DNA of 64,000 nucleotides, taken from the NCBI GenBank assembly GCA_051382335.1, contig JBBCAX010000349.1, positions 8,421 to 72,420 on the forward strand. The letters run 5' to 3'. Under the pieces are notes generated by a model, which saw only the letters and a program-made list of their open reading frames with translations, was not told where the DNA came from and did no database searches. Numbering within the stretch: the first letter of the stretch is position 1; every line of letters begins with the position of its first letter. Made by a program: the position numbers and the translations under genes. Of this stretch, positions 59,992-64,000 are shown piece after piece. The stretch is from Deltaproteobacteria bacterium TL4. GTDB lineage: Bacteria; SAR324; NAC60-12.

Positions 59992-60936
59992 TCAGGCTTC
60001 AGCGGATTTTTGCAGCCAGCATAGAAACACAGCGCCACGGCCCTTGCCTCCAAGAGATTCGAGCTCTAAGCCGCCATTATATTTTTTCAGCATTCGCCGA
60101 CTGAAAGTTAATCCCAACCCCGTCCCTTCACGCTTGCCTTTCGTCGTAAATCGACTTTCAAAAATTTTCCCGGCAATTTCTTCAGGAATGCCAGGACCGG
60201 TATCACTGATTCTTATTTCCAGCCGTTCAGGCGTTTCGGAAGTTTTAAACACAATCATTCCGTCCTTGTTGATGGCTTGCATTGCATTACGAGCAAGGTT
60301 ATGCAGGACTTGAACGAGTTCATTTTCATCAATTTGAATCGTAGAGGTGTGATGACACTCATACTCAATAGTGACATTCCTTTTCTGAAGAGAGTGTTCC
60401 ATCAACTCCTTGACCATATGGATGGAATGCTTGACATCAATGGGTTCGATAGTACTTTCAACTCGGGATAATTCTCTCAAATTATTGATAATCATCACTG
60501 CGCGTTTCAGATGCAGATGAATAAATTCCAACCCTTTTAAGGTGACCTCACTCGCCTTATGAAGGTTTTTCAGATCTTCTTCCAGAACAATAACGTTCTC
60601 GTTCTCTACGTTTTCGCCTAATGATTGATATAAAGTTTCAATTCCTTCTTCCTGATATTCATTCATCCATTCTCCGATGATCAAATGAAACAGTTGGAAT
60701 TCCCCTTCTTCATCAAGTAGGTTTTGAAGTCTGGAAATCACAGAGGTAATCGGGTTTAAAACTTCATGAACGATCATGGCTACCGACTCTCCTGCGGTCA
60801 AGAGTCTTAGCTGAGAATTCATTTCAGTCTGTTGAAGCTGTACTTGCTCCCTCAGTTTCTTATTTTCGGCTTTTAGTGTTTCTAGGGACTCGTTGTCCGT
60901 AACTTTTGATTCTTCACTCACTGGAACATATCTCAT
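59992..60936 (-). CDS. Cytoplasmic histidine kinase (no evident sensor domain)
   Basis: H-box IVHEVLNP, N-box NLARNAMQA, DTGPGI, FTTK, GTGLGL. Confidence 0.92.
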   Translation of the reverse strand: MRYVPVSEESKVTDNESLETLKAENKKLREQVQLQQTEMNSQLRLLTAGESVAMIVHEVLNPITSVISRLQNLLDEEGEFQLFHLIIGEWMNEYQEEGIETLYQSLGENVENENVIVLEEDLKNLHKASEVTLKGLEFIHLHLKRAVMIINNLRELSRVESTIEPIDVKHSIHMVKELMEHSLQKRNVTIEYECHHTSTIQIDENELVQVLHNLARNAMQAINKDGMIVFKTSETPERLEIRISDTGPGIPEEIAGKIFESRFTTKGKREGTGLGLTFSRRMLKKYNGGLELESLGGKGRGAVFLCWLQKSAEA

Positions 60937-60988
60937 TCGTTGTTATAGAAAGTGTGCTGCAACCGTTTAGGAAGGAAGACCTGATTTA

Positions 60989-62237
60989 TTAAGGACGCCA
61001 TCGTAAACACACAAACGTAAAATCGTCTTCCCGAGGCAGAGTCGGTCGAAACGCGTCAGCGGCTTTTACCAGTTCATCAATTAAGACTTGAGGTTGCTGA
61101 TCCCCAAACGCTTCCAAGACAGGCGTGATGCCCTCGTAACCAAACTCAACCCGATTCTCATCCTTATGCTCTTCAATACCATCCGTAAACAAGATGAGAT
61201 GATCTCCGGGCTTCAGTTGATGTCGAGCTTCAGGATACTGAGAAGGAAACATGCCTAAGATCATTCCCGTAGGCCCTTCCAACTGCTGAAATTTTCCTTT
61301 TTGCCCGAATAATGGATAGGGATGCGCGGAGTTTGCAGAGACAACTTCTCCTGTATTCAAATCCAGAACACAATAGAACATGGTAACAAAGTTGCCTCTC
61401 GGGTAATTACCATCAACTTTATTATTGATGGCTTCTAACACCTTTCCTGGTTCCACGATCTGCAGGGCGAGATCCCGAAAGTAAGCTCGGGTAATCGCCA
61501 TGATACACGCAGCGCTGGGACCGTGTCCTGAGGCGTCGGCAATCATGAAACCCACGCGATTATCAGGAAATTCCAGGATGTCATAATAATCGCCACCCCC
61601 CCCCCAGTTCCAGGCAGGTTTCATAATAAGTGCTGATCGCTAAACAAGAATGCTTCGGGAACTTGTGAGGCAGTAAATCCCTCTGAATGATTGCGACCTT
61701 TTCCAATTCCGCATTTAATTCTTCAGTCCTTAACTTAACCAGTCCTTCCAAATTTTCCTGGTAGTCTTTGTTCTGTTTTCTTAAATTCCAGGAATGCGTG
61801 TTACTGAGAGCTAATTGTCGAATCTCACCATCGTTGAAGGGCTTGTTCAAGTAAAGCCACATAGACTGATCATCAAAAAATTCACGGATCTCCTTGGGAT
61901 CACGGTCCGCATAGGCGGTTACCACCACGCACATAATTGAGGGATGTATTGCACGAATCTGTCGTATGGTTTCTCCACCATCAATACCACCAGGCATGAT
62001 CATATCGAAAAACCCCATGGCAATAGGATCCCCTTTTTCTAATTGCTCCTTGTAAATTTCGACTCCTCGTTCCCCACACTCCGCAAAAAAGAGTTGATAT
62101 TCTTCGGATGAACCTTTTTTCGCGACTCGTCGTGAGGATCGTTGTGTTTTGGGTTCTAAAATTGTCTTATAGGCTTCACGAATGCTTTCTTCATCGTCAA
62201 CAATCAGAATATTCCGGTTGAAACTCATTATGTCCAT
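60989..62237 (-). pseudogene. Receiver + SpoIIE/PP2C (RsbU-like) phosphatase, frameshifted at a G10 tract
   Basis: The 5' ORF has a receiver (ILIVDDE, FFDMIMP, TAY, KPF) and the IQRDLLP linker. The 3' ORF continues GGDYYD...ADASGHG...FTDG...DDFT. The frames join at the 61596-61605 homopolymer. Confidence 0.85.
61596..61605. repeat. C10/G10 homopolymer causing the frameshift
   Basis: cgccaCCCCCCCCCCagttc. A run of 3, 6, 9 or 12 G would restore the frame. Confidence 0.9.
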
Positions 62238-62487
62238 AGGCTTTATCTGTAGTTAAATGTTAAATGGCCACAATAAGGATTGTGGAAAAATGAATCATAT
62301 TTATTTTTGGCCCAAACCCAAAATAATTTTTTTTCTTGTTTTGACTATGAATTACTCGCTAGAATGCGGGTTCCGAGTAATAAAAGTTCATTCACGGTAT
62401 GGGTTATAGTAACTCTTTACAACAAAGTGCGATGAGAGTGCAAGTAAGAATTGAAACAAAATTAAAAGAAATTGAGGGAGGGTAACC

Positions 62488-63354
62488 ATGACAGCGACAA
62501 ATCAACTCATTCGTCTGGCTCAAACCTATAAGGACGATATCCAAATTTACGAGCAGGGCGAAATTCCACTTGAATATCTTTTCACCGGCACCCCTGAGAC
62601 AGGAGAAACACTGCTCTTCGCTCATAGTTTGAGTACTAATATAAAACAATTTTTACCTCATGTTGCCCATTTTTCAAAACGCTATAGCGTCTTGTGCTTA
62701 TCGTTTCGAGGACATGGAAATTCAGGACGACCTGTGCCCGAATCCTCTGAAAATTACTCCAGAGCGAAGGTTGTAGAAGACGTAAAACGCTTGGTTGATT
62801 CCTTGGGAATTCAGCAATTTCATTATGTTGGTAATTCATTTGGTGGCGTTATCGGGTATGAATATTTAAGACGGTATCCTGAGTCTTTGAAAAGCCTGAC
62901 CACCTTATGTTCTCCGGCACAGGCGTCGTTGCCCTATTGGATCAGCAAAGCGTTTATCATGGGATATTGGTCCGCCTTATCTGCGGTTCAAATCCCGGCA
63001 TTGGAACATTTAATCGTCAATACGGTGATCAAGCAGGTATGCAAAACTCCCGACAGTCAAGAGTTTTTAGTGAAAGAACTGCTCCGGGAAATCAACCTGA
63101 AGGCGACTTCTGGAGCACAACAGGATTTGACCCATTTTTCCTATTTGGAAGAACTTAAGTCTTTTCCTCGACCGGTTCTGCTGCTTAACGGAGAAGAAGA
63201 CCGAGTTATCAATTTTATCATGAGGCCAACACGGGAAGTCTGCAAATCCAATCCTAATATCAGACAGGTCACGTTAAAAGGCGCTGGTCATTTAGCCAAT
63301 CTTGATTGTCCTGACGAATTTAATCGTGCCTTGGACAACTTTTATGGTGCTTAG
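62488..63354 (+). CDS. Alpha/beta hydrolase
   Basis: LFAHSL, FRGHGNS, nucleophile GNSFGG, GEED, GAGHLAN. GGAGG RBS. Confidence 0.9.
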   Translation: MTATNQLIRLAQTYKDDIQIYEQGEIPLEYLFTGTPETGETLLFAHSLSTNIKQFLPHVAHFSKRYSVLCLSFRGHGNSGRPVPESSENYSRAKVVEDVKRLVDSLGIQQFHYVGNSFGGVIGYEYLRRYPESLKSLTTLCSPAQASLPYWISKAFIMGYWSALSAVQIPALEHLIVNTVIKQVCKTPDSQEFLVKELLREINLKATSGAQQDLTHFSYLEELKSFPRPVLLLNGEEDRVINFIMRPTREVCKSNPNIRQVTLKGAGHLANLDCPDEFNRALDNFYGA

Positions 63355-63437
63355 AACCAGTTCTTCAGGGTGGCTGCAAATTAATAGACATCTTTCCTAA
63401 ATAAACGCTGGATTTTAGCGGGTTTGCAGGAACCCTG

Positions 63438-63705
63438 GCAGGGTGCCGCTTAAGCGAAGCGAGCGCGCCACTCAAGGTAGGGTGCCCAAGGTAGGGTGCC
63501 GCTTAAGCGAAGCGAGCGCGCCACTCAAGGTAGGGTGCCCAAGGTAGGGTGCCGCTTAAGCGAAGCGAGCGCGCCACTCAAGGTAGGGTGCCCAAGGTAG
63601 GGTGCCGCTTAAGCGAAGCGAGCGCACCACTCAAGGTAGGGTGCCGCTTAAGCGAAGCGAGCGCACCACTTAAGAGGGTGCCGCTTAAGCGAAGCGAGCG
63701 CGCCA
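63438..63705 (+). repeat. Tandem array of six direct GTAG-family REP copies
   Basis: Units start at 63438, 63491, 63544, 63597, 63636 and 63674 (period 53, 53, 53, 39, 38). Same REP as at 44495. Confidence 0.9.
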
Positions 63706-63750
63706 CAAAGAGAAAACACGGCAGAAAGTCTCGCGACCAGGACAGACCCA

Positions 63751-64000
63751 TCAGAAGGTTTTGGGTGTAAAGTTGGCGGGCGTTTCAAGGGAAAAGACTT
63801 CATCATGGATGGCGGCCAGATACAGACCCGATTGCAGCACGTCCTCTCTCACGGAAGACTCGGTATCCACATAGACGAGCATTCCCCGGATTGTTTTGTC
63901 GGAAAACTCCGGAAAAAACATCCGGAAGTTTTTCAGAATCTCCAGCGTTTGGTCCAAATCCCGTTGTTCCAGACGACTTTTGATTTCAATCACATACAAC
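63751..64000 (-). CDS. 3' end of a PD-(D/E)XK-like (DUF3782-type) protein
   Basis: VIEIKSRL...FRMFFPEF...GLYLAAIHDEVF.L..P..F.PK.F. The 5' part lies outside the window. Confidence 0.65.
   Translation of the reverse strand, partial: LYVIEIKSRLEQRDLDQTLEILKNFRMFFPEFSDKTIRGMLVYVDTESSVREDVLQSGLYLAAIHDEVFSLETPANFTPKTF

Noticed and set aside
63438..63705. CRISPR array
   Set aside because: Inter-repeat sequences are short (5-20 nt) and near-identical rather than unique spacers. No cas genes are present, and the same unit occurs as an inverted REP pair at 44.5 kb.
63549..63770. 73-aa ORF
   Set aside because: It is a translation of the REP array, with no RBS or protein character.

Overview
Chromosomal window of a flagellated, diderm bacterium of moderate GC. 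Gene content suggests a Deltaproteobacteria/SAR324-like lineage, which is inference only. 1-7.3 kb holds a clade II (Sec-type) nitrous-oxide reductase cluster on the minus strand: cytochrome c', diheme cyt c lipoprotein, nosZ, an unknown secreted 176-aa protein, mono- and diheme cyt c, nosB and a nosD cut by the window edge (nosD is absent from the ORF track). Next come an SDR/pteridine reductase, pdxA, an isolated ftsL-ftsI pair and a Zn-ribbon/fluC/DUF190/enolase unit. At 14-28.6 kb is an envelope locus: TPR protein, 1758-aa repeat protein, thioester alpha-2-macroglobulin and PBP1C, with a convergent kinase-fold lipoprotein. Then follow tRNA-Ser/Ser/Arg(GCG), comEC, a stand-alone fliG, a porin-like gene, yajC-secD-secF-tyrA, xth, fabB, a His-less pseudo-histidine kinase, engB, orphan pilO/pilP-like genes and rpsA. 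The right part has a 2089-aa secreted protein with permuted A2M-like motifs, tRNA-Met, START and CBS proteins, miaB, a histidine kinase, a receiver-PP2C gene broken by a G10 tract and an alpha/beta hydrolase. One GTAG-type REP family occurs as an inverted doublet (44.5 kb) and as a six-copy tandem array (63.4-63.7 kb). No CRISPR array, prophage or intact transposase was seen.
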